DNA of 63,127 nucleotides, counting the filler, from Octopus bimaculoides (taxonomy: Eukaryota): NCBI RefSeq assembly GCF_001194135.2. It is 5 parts of 5 records of this genome, joined end to end, with 100 filler letters (N's around TTAATTAATTAA, not from the genome) between each part and the next. Parts side by side here need not be neighbours in the genome. Positions count along the whole stretch, not along the records: positions 1 to 14,687 come from NC_069010.1; positions 14,788 to 30,090 come from NC_068992.1; 3 more parts are not named here. One strand, 5' to 3'. Below are positions 10,385 through 21,600 of the stretch, in pieces. Position numbers and translations under genes: made by a program. The first letter of the stretch is position 1; each line of letters opens with the position of its first letter. Under the pieces are notes generated by a model. It did no database searches. It was not told the DNA's origin and saw nothing but the letters and a program-made list of their open reading frames with translations.

Positions 10385-12791
10385 NNNNNNNNNNNNNNNN
10401 NNNNNNNNNNNNNNNNNNNNNNNNNNNNNNNNNNNNNNNNNNNNNNNNNNNNNNNNNNNNNNNNNNNNNNNNNNNNNNNNNNNNNNNNNNNNNNNNNNNN
10501 NNNNNNNNNNNNNNNNNNNNNNNNNNNNNNNNNNNNNNNNNNNNNNNNNNNNNNNNNNNNNNNNNNNNNNNNNNNNNNNNNNNNNNNNNNNNNNNNNNNN
10601 NNNNNNNNNNNNNNNNNNNNNNNNNNNNNNNNNNNNNNNNNNNNNNNNNNNNNNNNNNNNNNNNNNNNNNNNNNNNNNNNNNNNNNNNNNNNNNNNNNNN
10701 NNNNNNNNNNNNNNNNNNNNNNNNNNNNNNNNNNNNNNNNNNNNNNNNNNNNNNNNNNNNNNNNNNNNNNNNNNNNNNNNNNNNNNNNNNNNNNNNNNNN
10801 NNNNNNNNNNNNNNNNNNNNNNNNNNNNNNNNNNNNNNNNNNNNNNNNNNNNNNNNNNNNNNNNNNNNNNNNNNNNNNNNNNNNNNNNNNNNNNNNNNNN
10901 NNNNNNNNNNNNNNNNNNNNNNNNNNNNNNNNNNNNNNNNNNNNNNNNNNNNNNNNNNNNNNNNNNNNNNNNNNNNNNNNNNNNNNNNNNNNNNNNNNNN
11001 NNNNNNNNNNNNNNNNNNNNNNNNNNNNNNNNNNNNNNNNNNNNNNNNNNNNNNNNNNNNNNNNNNNNNNNNNNNNNNNNNNNNNNNNNNNNNACTTCAT
11101 TTGTTTTCTATTTTGATAAATTCTCTCTGTTGAAAATTATATTTTTATATTTTAAATAATTTGCAATTTCAGGAAATATGTTTTTATATTAAATTTGTGT
11201 TTTCTACTCACGACTAGCTAGCTCGGACGCGCGAACTTTCGAGTAATAGATAGATAGATAGAGAGACAGACAGACAGACAGACATATAGCTCGCCCCGGC
11301 CAGTCATGGTATTAGCTGTCAGTAGCCAAAGAATCGACAGGCAGGCAGACAGGCAGACAGACAGATACTTCACTAGCAGTGAGCACTTTCACTTCTGACA
11401 GCTAATAGCATGATAGTGCCAAAAAATTTACCAAAGATGTAAACAAGAAGTCTAAATTATAGTAGACAAGTGAAATAATTCATTCATCTATTTTATTTTA
11501 TACTTTCATCTTTATTCTATTTTTTTCATAATCTGAGTCATATTGCTGTCATAACATCATAAATTTCACCAGCTCTTGGCATTTTCTTCACATGTCCTCT
11601 TCCCCTACACGTTGCTTTTTTCCCCCACCCCCCATTAATCTTCCACTCCACTCCTGCTGTTATGTGTTGAGCATTCTTTGTTTTAACATTTTTTACCTAT
11701 TTTGTGCTTGGCTGCTGTGTCTCACCCCTGGAGGGGACTCCTCTAACTAGGAGACTATGGTGGTTTGGTCACATGTAGGGACCAAACCACCATGTATTTG
11801 TAGAAATGGAAAATATTCATCAGGGACTATGACCCCATTTTTGTTAATTACTCACTACACTCCTCTTTGTGCCCATCACTAGCCACCTGTCGTAACCCTA
11901 TCACACCCTGACAGACCCATCCACCCAGCCATTATTCATGCTAACGTTTCTGCCAGCTTGGCCACCTTTAAATATTCTTTTCTACTCTAGGCACAAGGCC
12001 CGAAATATTTGGGGGAGGGTGTCAATTGCTTAGGTCAACTCCAGTACACAACTGGTGCTTAATTTATCGACCCTGAAAGAATGAAAGGCAGAGTTGACCT
12101 CGGCGGAATTTGAACTCAGAACGTAAAGACATTTTTTGCCTGGCATGCTGACGCTTCTGCCAGTTCAACACCTAACCCCCACCCCCTACAAAATGATGCG
12201 TTTAACACTTGCTTCCAGAGATTCTTGAAAATATTTCCTTTTGAAAATGTAGTGTCAGAATGTCTCAACACGGTTCTCATTCACATTAAGTTGAAGTACA
12301 TCATATTCTTATTTCACTTCATTTAATTTAATTTCATTAAATCCATAGCACAACACTTACCCATCTTCTTCTTCGTCAGCATCATTCTATATTCCTCTCT
12401 GATATCTTTATTCAATTCCCTTATTCTGAATTCACCACTTGAACTCTATACAACTCTATATTCTATTCTTAATTTCCTTATGTACACTGCCAGTAATTCA
12501 AAAGCAGTGATATAACTGTATGTTATTCTCTCGCGAACAAATGACACATCTTAGCAAACCACTTTAGACATTCTCAACTAATGTACAAATTTTAAGATCT
12601 ATACATTTTTATGCTTCTATTATTTCTGTATTTTTACTTAACCACATTTATGATCTTCACTGAGCTTAGAATTTTAAATGTCATTTCCTTACAGTTACGA
12701 TTAATAATCTGTTTGTTCTGGTAATTATCAACAAATGGATACGTCTAAAGTGCATATCACTGCCCTCGAAACTCCATTGGTTTTTTTTTAT

Positions 12792-13000
12792 TCTTTCATT
12801 TGTTTCAGTCATTTGACTGTGGTCATGCTGGAGCACCGCCTTTAGTCGGGCAAATCAACCCCAGGACTTATTCTTTGTAAGCCTAGTACTTATTCTATCA
12901 GTCTCTTTTTTGCCGAACTGCTAGGATACGGAGACGTAAATGCACCAGCATCGGTTGTCAAGCAATGTTGGGGGGGACAAACACAGACACACAAACATAT

Positions 13001-13058
<58 letters not shown>

Positions 13059-13241
13059 TCATATATATATATATATATACGATGGGCTTTTTCAGTTTCC
13101 ATCTACCAAATACACTCACAAGGCTTTGGTCGGCCCGAGGCTATAGTAGAAGACACTTGCCCAAGGTGCCACGCAGTGGGACCGAAACCGGAACCATGTG
13201 GTTAGTAAGCAAGCTACTTACCACACAGCCACTCCTGCGCC
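12792..13241 (-). mobile_element. tRNA-derived SINE family A, full-length with an internal (AT)/(GT) microsatellite
   Basis: tRNA-like head GGCGCAGGAGTGGCTGTGTGGTAAG...GGTTTCGGTCCC and tail GGCGGTGCTCCAGCATG.C.ACAGTCAAATGACTGAAAC. Related copies or fragments at ~3620-3755, 13565-13727, 24945-25062, 36850-36990, 39620-39800, 43285-43450, 50150-50310, 59640-59700, 63105-63127. Confidence 0.85.
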
Positions 13242-13719
13242 TATAACTTTTAACTTTATAAACACGAAATATTTCTCAGGCCTCCAACATTGCACCTCTC
13301 CTATACTTATCATAACCCTTTTCTTTCCTCATACATTGCATTGAACACCATACCAAACTGCCGCAGATAGTAGGTACATTTTTCTCTTGTACATAACCCC
13401 TTGTCCCCATGACTGTCATGCTACCCCTCATAATTCTAATATGCTTGTCACTATTATACCCAAGGCCTCTTTCACACCTTACCAATTTGCTTCCACCCTC
13501 ACTTCTTTACTGGCCTTGCCGTTCCTTTCTATGTATCTTCCTCTAACTCAAGGAATTTATGCATATTGGTGCAGGTATGGTTGTGTGGTAAGAAGTTTGC
13601 TTCCCAACTATGTGGTTCTGGGTTCAGTTCCACTGTGTGGCACCTTGGGCAAGTGTCTTCTACTATAGCCTCAGGCTGACCAAAAGCCTGGTGAGTGGAT
13701 TTGGTTGACAGAAACTGAA

Positions 13720-13918
13720 AGAAGCCGCCGAGCTGGTAGAAACGTTAGCACACCGGGCAAAATGCTTAGCGGTATTTCATCTGCCTTTACATTCTGAGAT
13801 CAAATCCCGTCGAGGTCAACTTTGCCTTTCATCCTTTCGGGGTCGATAAATTAAGTACCAGTTACGCACTGGGCTCGATATAATCGACTTAATCCGTTTG
13901 TCTGTCCTTGTTTAGCCC
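13720..13918 (+). mobile_element. tRNA-derived SINE family B
   Basis: GAGCTGGTAGAAACGTTAGCAC.CCGGGC...TTCTGAG.TCAAAT.CCG.CGAGGTC.ACTTTGCCTTTCATCCTTTCGGGGTCGATAAATTAAGTACCAG. Related copies at ~1790-1975, 11985-12170, 17585-17775, 27290-27510, 33960-34145, 34165-34800 (interrupted), 35985-36168, 41700-41815, 42360-42560, 42570-42730, 49340-49440, 56865-57060. Confidence 0.85.
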
Positions 13919-14591
13919 CNNNNNNNNNNTGGTTTGACGAGCAACATTTTTCATTTATGTTTTATGTAGTGTTTTTGGTACCGAAACACTTTCAAACTTC
14001 GTATACTTGTATATTTTGTGTTATAGAACAGATAAAAATTTTTGTATTCGAAGTTATTTCATGTAAAAAATTGTCGTACCAGTATCCCAAGTTTGAAAGT
14101 GTTTCGTTAAGAAAACAAGTGTTGCCCGTCAAACCAAAAACATCCTCTGTCTGTTCATTCTTTTATTCTGTTACACATGTGCCAGTCTACGTAAAAAGCA
14201 CCTGTGCTGGTGCTACATAAGCACCCAGCACACTCTGTAAAGTGGTTGGCATTAGGAAGGGCATCCAGCCGTAGAAATTTAGCTAAATCCATAGAAACCA
14301 AAGTCTGGTGCTGCACCACTTCTGCTTGCCAATTCTGGTTAAACTGTCCAATTCATGCCAGCATGGAAAACAAACCGTTATATGATGTTGACAACGACGA
14401 CGATGCCAATGATGACGACGACAATGGAATTTTCCCCATCAATTGAAACATTGCCTATAACCGATATTTGGCAAGTGATATTATCTTTTTAAGTCGAAAC
14501 AAATCAAGAACGTAAAAAAGCCATTGGTGATTTCACCCTGGTAAGCATGCAGGGTGTGTCAACAATATGAAGAGACCCTGAAAAAGGGAGG

Positions 14592-14633
<42 letters not shown>

Positions 14634-14687
14634 GAGAGAGAGAGAGAGAGAGAGAAAGACAGACAGAGAGAAAGAGAGACAGAGAGA

Positions 14688-14787
14688 NNNNNNNNNNNNN
14701 NNNNNNNNNNNNNNNNNNNNNNNNNNNNNNNTTAATTAATTAANNNNNNNNNNNNNNNNNNNNNNNNNNNNNNNNNNNNNNNNNNNN
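14688..14787. other. Assembly gap with an artificial TTAATTAATTAA linker (also at ~30135, ~41098, ~58702)
   Basis: An identical 12-mer with stops in all six frames sits in the middle of four 100-nt gaps. Confidence 0.85.
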
Positions 14788-15176
14788 AGCACATAAATAC
14801 ATATGCATGCATCCATAAAACAAACATACAAATCTGCGCATACACTAACACCAAATACTGCACACACACACATATGCACAAATACCTAGATGATGTTGAT
14901 AAAAGTTCCAATGAAGGAGCCTTGAATCTATGTTAGAGTCCGGCTCTTTCTCTATGGACAAGAAATACAGAAATGAAACTGATTGATATACATACATACA
15001 TACATACATACATACATACATACATACATACATACGTGCATGCATCCATAAACGACGGCTGAAACTCACTTTCGAGTCGTGCTATCGTTTGACTGTTCTC
15101 TTAAATATGAACAGGACAGACTTTTCAGCCCGCCTCCTAACACACATTTCCTGCAACTAGAGATGCCGTGTAATAT

Positions 15177-15755
15177 TCAGTTAACAACTTCCCCGATTTT
15201 ATGGCTTCTCTTTTGATTTCTAAGACCTGCCTTACTTGGATAAACATGCTTGCATTCGTTGCATGTTAAATAGAAGTTTAAGCTAACATACTCCAGCAAA
15301 TTTAAATCAAGGCCCTTACAAAGATCTCTCTTGGGTTGTTGATGCTCAATACGATTTTGTTCGAATTCTCTCCTTCCATCATGCACTGCTTTACTCGACG
15401 ATGAACTGGTGCGAGGTTTCTCTATCCATTTTTCAAAATGTTGACTTTCATTGCGTAATCCTTATATCTTAATTTCGAGTTGTGCCCCTAGGCTAACTCA
15501 CCCTAGAGAAATTGCTTAGGGATCCGATTGTCTTTCATCCTGACCACATGAGCATTCCATTGTAATTGGTACTGAGCTCTAGGACTCTTCTGGTAAACTG
15601 ACTGCGCTCAATGACTCCAACGCCACATACATTTGTCATGGGATATCCGATATATGGCGGAGACAGTGTTGGTAAAATCCCACCAACCTCTTCACATCTC
15701 CGATAACCCAGGTCTCACATGCATATAGCAACGAAGATAAAGCATAAGTATATAC
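15177..15755 (-). mobile_element. RTE-clade LINE 3' remnant
   Basis: LSSLLYACETW...FYQHCLRHI and FEQNRIEH...CNECKHVYPSKAGLRNQKRSH (terminal zinc finger). Confidence 0.85.
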
Positions 15756-16362
15756 ACACTCATACGCGCACACACAAATACATACATGCACACACACACA
15801 CACACACATACACCCATACACACACTAAATTGATATATTTAAATCCTATTTCATTAAATATTGGACATCGGCTTTAAAATTATTCTATCATTGTGAGGAG
15901 TTTGAATTTCTCTCAGATTGAAGTATAAGAAGCTTACACGTTAGGCTTTTTGGAAACAATTCTAATACCAGCACAGGAGCCATTTTCCTACCAGTTTCTC
16001 AAACTATGATTAAGATCTGACATTTAAAAAGTACTTCAGAATATAATCACGCACATCATTTCTCTCTCTCTCTCCCTTTCTTTCTTTCTCTCTCTCAGTA
16101 CAACGTCAATACTACGCATGCTTGACCCTGAAGGTGTTCCCCTTTCAGCTTTAGTTATCCTTAATACGCAGCAATGACCACAATGTTAGCCTCCTTTAGC
16201 GACTTTTCTAACATTTTCGCTCTTTACCACACGTGTACGATCTCAAAATAAGATAACAAAACTATATCAGAATGAATGAACTCCGTTTATAGCACCAGAA
16301 ACTATTTAAGTTGAGAATTCAACCAAATGAAACAAAAAATAAGTTGACAAAATAGAAAATAG

Positions 16363-16745
16363 TGTAGTAACGCCGTGCGCATGCGTAGTCTCACGCATGC
16401 GTGGAATTAAACAACCAAGCGTTCCCGCTTCTATTCTATCTCTTTCTCGGTCGGCCGGCCATGAGCATGAACGTGTCAAGCAGTGTCTCCAACATTCCAA
16501 CCTGGAGACAGTCTCTTTCTTGCTGGCCAGCAATTGAGCATGGACGTGTTTAGCTGTCACTCTCCATCTTTCGGACTTACACTCGACAGCTCGCTTACAT
16601 CTACATACCAACGTCCTAACAACTATGCTCACACACACAGAAGCTGTAACAACAAACAAGAGCTAAAGATGTATATATTTACCACCTGAATAAATGTTGT
16701 TTAAGTTGATAGTCTGGAGTTCAGCGTTCCGTTATATTTCTAATT
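16363..16745 (+). mobile_element. Solo LTR-like sequence, a diverged relative of 20879-21185
   Basis: Begins TGTAGTAACGCC. Contains GCGCATGCGTAGTC, CAACATTCCAAC and AATAAA (16689)...GTTGATAGT, all shared with the other copy. The 3' CA end and TSD are unresolved. Confidence 0.55.
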
Positions 16746-18779
16746 TTATATAGGAAAGTCAGGTATACATCTAATGATGTATAACCAACTTTCCTATAAT
16801 AGTTTACAGGAGCCATCTAGTTTTCCTTCCAGATCTGCAGGTGTAGTTAGAAAACGTTGCTAACCCGAACGGTTTTACTGAGATTGAATTCCGTTTATAG
16901 CACTGGATTTGATGCGCACTTACTATGCATTACATAAACAAGCTTCTTGAGATTTCTCTAAGAATCTTCTCTTGACGCTCCTCTAATTTCAGTACAACAT
17001 TGAGACAAGGAAGATGAAAGAGTAAAAGATTAATTCTACATGGCAGGATTCCGAGCTCAGAAGTCTAAATTCGGATTTTATTGCTGAAAAATATCAAAGT
17101 CAAAGATATAGGTGTTTACTGTTGCTGTTGAGGTCAAGTTCATGCCCAAATTCGTATTTTAAATGCAACTTTACATGCAGGAATCTGGTAGCTACCTAAA
17201 TGAGAGCAGGCTATATGCCTTGTATCGGTCGAACTGTTACAAATGAGCCAACAACCAAGAGAAAAAGCAATATGAAAACCTATCACCCTGGAGAAATAAG
17301 CCAAAGAAATACAAAATCACGAAATGCTCCAGCTTGACTGCCGCCGCATGGCTAAAACGAAACGAATAAAAGTACACATACACACATTTATATATACATA
17401 TAGAAAGTTGGGACGAAAGAGTACAACAGGGATCGCCACCACCCACTGCCGGAGCCTCGTGGGGCTTAGATGATTTCGCTCAATAAAAACTCACAAGGCC
17501 CGGTTTGGGAATCGAAACCGCGATCTTTCGACCTCGAGTCCGCTGCCCAAACCACTGGGCCAAACACTGTCAGTGTAATGGTTTCTAATTTTGGCACAAG
17601 GCCAGCAATTTCAGAACAGTGGGTTATTCGATTACATTGACCCCAACGATCAACTGGTCCGTATTTTATCGACGAAGTCGACCTCGGCGGCATTTAAACT
17701 CAGAATATAAAGACGGAAGAAATGCTGTTGAGCATTTTGTCCGGCGTGCTAACCGTTCTACCAGTTTACCTCTTTGTCAAACTGTCTATATATTGGCAAG
17801 TTACTAGATGAAGTGTTAGTGCTGTTGATGATAGTAATTGCAGTGGTAGTGGTTGTAGTATTGGTAGTGTTAATGACAGTTTTATTAGCAGAGGTGGTAG
17901 CAGTGCTGGACGTGATGACAGTGGTGATGGTGGTGGTGTTAGTTGTAGTCGTAGTTGTGTTGGTAAAGTCGAAATATCTTGTAAGATAACCGAAATTTCT
18001 TCCATCGGCAGAACACTAAATCCTATATAAACAGACAAACCAGCAGCAGTAGCAGTGACGGCAGCCACAGCAGCAGCAGCAGTCTAGTTTATTGTGTTGT
18101 TCTTAATATCTCTGACCTTGACATCCGACCGAATTGCTGTAGGTTCTTTTGTATCAGCGTTTCCAGTAAACAGCCAGCTATGAAGTGTTCTGATTGGCTG
18201 AGCTAGATATTGCTCTAACATTGCTTTAAGTTACAGCAAAGTCGTTTTAATACGGCAGCGCAAAAATATCAGAGCCGATTGTCAGAGTATTTCATATACC
18301 GCCAACAACCACTTCACTCTCCATATTTTAACTGCTGCTTGTTGCAGAATAGGAGTTTATTGGCAAACAGCTCGTATACAACCCAGACACACACACACAC
18401 ACAAACTCTCTCTCTCTCTCTTTCTCTCTCTCTCACATACACACACGCGCACACATCCACACAAATAGACATTGATTCTGCACAGATTGTGCTGCAGTAG
18501 TAAGAGAATATATTATTGTAGGTGTTCTCAAGTGCAAACTGTAGAGGGCGTCACGGCAAGAAAGGTTATAAATTGTTTCTATTGACAAAATATTGTAGCT
18601 TCAAGGTCCAAATAACAAGCCAGCTCATCCCCCCCCGCCACCACCGGCTCTGTTATTCACTTGAAAAGATTAATGATGCAAAGGTTGAAAATTGAGCGAA
18701 ATGTTGAACAATAACAAATAGTATTTGAAATATGTTAGAAGGAGAAATATCTGGTGGATTTATTGATTTGTGAATGTCA

Positions 18780-19270
18780 TTTGGAAGGGACAACGCTATG
18801 TCCTCTCTATGCGTAATAAATCTGGAATAGGATAGGAAGGACAATGCTATGACCTCTCTATACGTAGTACATCTAGAACAGAAGGGACAAGGTTTTGTCC
18901 TGCCTGTATGTAATACATCCAGTGCCGGATTTAGGACAAATGGGACTCTACGCTAGTTAAGTTATGAGGCCTCTTATTTGGGCAATGGGGCATATATGCT
19001 CAGGAAATTCATTGTAAAATATTTTTTGAGTAGGAAGATGCCCCCACTCCCCACCCACTGGTCAGCAGGGCGGCCCTGTGCTTAATCACATCTAAGCACA
19101 ATGGTAAATCCAGCACTAAATACATCTATAAGGGACAACGCTATGTCTTCTCTATACGTAACACATCTAGAATAGATGAGACAACGTTTTGTTCTCTCTG
19201 TACGTGATACATCAAGACCAGAAGAGACAATGTGATGCTCTCTATAAGTAATACATATGGAATATAAGGG
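18780..19270. repeat. Degenerate ~47-bp minisatellite interrupted by the hAT MITE
   Basis: Units like AGGGACAACGCTATGTCCTCTCTATACGTAATACATCTAGAATAG on both sides of the insertion. Confidence 0.75.
18920..19118. mobile_element. hAT-type MITE
   Basis: TIRs CAGTGCCGGATTTA / TAAATCCAGCACTA (2 mismatches). Perfect 8-bp TSD AATACATC. Confidence 0.85.
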
Positions 19271-19619
19271 AAACTGGAATCACGCGATGTAAAAGTCTGA
19301 TTTCTTTTTGTTTTTTCCTGAAAGGAAAGAAAATATATGAGTGCACAAGTGTGTGTGTGAGAGAAAACACAGAACATAGTAAAAGTGTCTGTAGCATAGA
19401 CTGTGAAAAGTCTTAAAACACTGAGATAGAGAAAACCAGTTCGTATTAAAGTTCCACAAGGAGATAGAATGTCCATACGCAGGAAGTTGCGGTCAAGGAG
19501 CAGAGCTGTAGTTGAGCGTCGAATGCTGGGACCTGTGTTACCTGGTACGGAATATTCTGGCTGGTTAGTTCTGGTTTGTTGATCGTGAGTGGAAACAACC
19601 ACTCTAACAGGGTCGAGAT

Positions 19620-20036
19620 AAAAACCGCGCTTGCTTGTGTACTTGAAGAAATCATGCTGACGTTGGCGACGATGCTGGTAGTACGTAGTTGAACGATGCT
19701 GTTGATGTCGTCGCTGGAACTGGCTGGTTGGTTGGTGTGTGGTGGTNNNNNNNNNNTGTCGTCGCTGGAACTGGCTGGTTGGTTGGTGTGTGGTGGTAAT
19801 GATGTTGACAGTGGTGTGTGCGGTGTTTGAAAAACGGGCACGTCGTACACGGAAGTCGAGGGTTTGTCAAGGTACGCTTTTTCAGACGGTCGACAGACAC
19901 AATCTCTGTACGACCATTAGCGTCGACCTTGAAAAAAAATTCAGCCCAAAACTGCGGGTTGGGCGAGGCGTGTAAGGCAGCCTTAAGTTGCCTATGAAAT
20001 CGCTCAACCATCATATTAGAAGCGGGATGGTAGCTG
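19620..20036 (-). mobile_element. Gypsy LTR-retrotransposon integrase remnant, internally deleted
   Basis: MVERFHRQLKAAL (HPxxNGMVERFHR motif) fused directly to VDANGRTEIVSVDRLK (integrase C-terminus). Confidence 0.8.
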
Positions 20037-20878
20037 NNNNNNNNNNNNNNNNNNNNNNNNNNNNNNNNNNNNNNNNNNNNNNNNNNNNNNNNNNNNNNNN
20101 NNNNNNNNNNNNNNNNNNNNNNNNNNNNNNNNNNNNNNNNNNNNNNNNNNNNNNNNNNNNNNNNNNNNNNNNNNNNNNNNNNNNNNNNNNNNNNNNNNNN
20201 NNNNNNNNNNNNNNNNNNNNNNNNNNNNNNNNNNNNNNNNNNNNNNNNNNNNNNNNNNNNNNNNNNNNNNNNNNNNNNNNNNNNNNNNNNNNNNNNNNNN
20301 NNNNNNNNNNNNNNNNNNNNNNNNNNNNNNNNNNNNNNNNNNNNNNNNNNNNNNNNNNNNNNNNNNNNNNNNNNNNNNNNNNNNNNNNNNNNNNNNNNNN
20401 NNNNNNNNNNNNNNNNNNNNNNNNNNNNNNNNNNNNNNNNNNNNNNNNNNNNNNNNNNNNNNNNNNNNNNNNNNNNNNNNNNNNNNNNNNNNNNNNNNNN
20501 NNNNNNNNNNNNNNNNNNNNNNNNNNNNNNNNNNNNNNNNNNNNNNNNNNNNNNNNNNNNNNNNNNNNNNNNNNNNNNNNNNNNNNNNNNNNNNNNNNNN
20601 NNNNNNNNNNNNNNNNNNNNNNNNNNNNNNNNNNNNNNNNNNNNNNNNNNNNNNNNNNNNNNNNNNNNNNNNNNNNNNNNNNNNNNNNNNNNNNNNNNNN
20701 NNNNNNNNNNNNNNNNNNNNNNNNNNNNNNNNNNNNNNNNNNNNNNNNNNNNNNNNNNNNNNNNNNNNNNNNNNNNNNNNNNNNNNNNNNNNNNNNNNNN
20801 NNNNNNNNNNNNNNNNNNNNNNNNNNNNNNNNNNNNNNNNNNNNNNNNNNNNNNNNNNNNNNNNNNNNNNNNNNNNNN

Positions 20879-21185
20879 ACTATCAACACAACAATATTTA
20901 TTACAATAGAATTCGGCAGCACTCCACCCTTTGGTTACTGAGACGCCGTCAATGATGTTGCGTGGTTATTTGTCTAGCTCCAGAGTTGGAATGTTGAAGA
21001 GAGCTGCGACGACGTCTAGGCCCTTCGTCGGCCAGGGTGAAAGAGGATGAAAATCCGCGCGAAGCTTGGATATCGATGACTACGCATGCGCATGAGACTC
21101 TTCCTGTATTCCTACCGGAACTAGTCCCTGCGCGTGCGTGGATAGAAACTCCGAAAATGTCGTCTGCTATAAAGGCGTCACTACA
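20879..21185 (-). mobile_element. LTR-like sequence, probably the 5' LTR of the Gypsy remnant (ends in a gap)
   Basis: Begins TGTAGTGACGCC and has AATAAA near the gap. Same strand as, and upstream of, the integrase. Shares motif blocks with 16363-16745. Confidence 0.6.
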
Positions 21186-21439
21186 CTATTGTATATCGGC
21201 ACCATTTGTTGGATTAGTTTACTCCTGTTAATAGGTACCACATGGTGCTATACCTTGCCTCAGCTTGTAAGTGCCACGTAACGGGAGAGTTTACCACTCT
21301 AAGCAGGTACTCTAGCGTACGACTTGAGGGAAATTCCTCTCTCTCTCTCTCTCTCTCTCTCTGTTATATACATAAATACGGACGTAGTAGATAACAGCTA
21401 ACCTTAGGCCGCCCTTTTGGACCCTGTTGTGTCCACTAC

Positions 21440-21600
21440 TCTGATTGGATGGTATTGGCGCAATTTGTCTCTTGCTCTATTGCGCGCCAATATGCAACCC
21501 AACCAATCGTAGCCTTCTGATAAAGTTACGTGAGCCAGTCTCTTCTAAACCTCCGGTGAGCCGACTGCACCGTATAAAACTTCAGCGACACATCGAGCCG
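21440..21600 (+). promoter_or_regulatory. Putative Pol II promoter
   Basis: CpG-rich, four CCAAT/ATTGG boxes (21444, 21454, 21487, 21503) and TATAAAA (21573-21579). Motif-level evidence only. Confidence 0.35.

Noticed and set aside
2072-11159. Long ORFs (120-380 aa) in the ORF track
   Set aside because: They consist almost entirely of X from N gaps plus microsatellite translations (YIYI, CVCV, HTHT). The same applies at 19988-20941, 46139-46561, 48736-49363 and 59075-59835.
14732-14743. TTAATTAATTAA repeated four times in the window as a possible regulatory or CRISPR-like repeat
   Set aside because: It is always centred in a 100-nt N gap, so it is a scaffolding linker with six-frame stops and not biological.
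16455-16530. GGCCGGC...CAACATTCC...GCTGGCC resembling an HDV ribozyme, vault RNA or Y RNA
   Set aside because: No nested double pseudoknot, box A/B or oligo-T terminator could be built. Homology with 20879-21185 is better explained as an LTR.
18030-18090. Signal-peptide-like LLLLLWLPSLLLLLV
   Set aside because: It is a (CTG)n translation with no ATG, closed by a stop, and in a different frame from the Thr-rich segment.
19706-19797. 41-bp direct repeat around a 10-N gap
   Set aside because: Identical overlap on both sides of a minimal gap is typical of unmerged contig ends.
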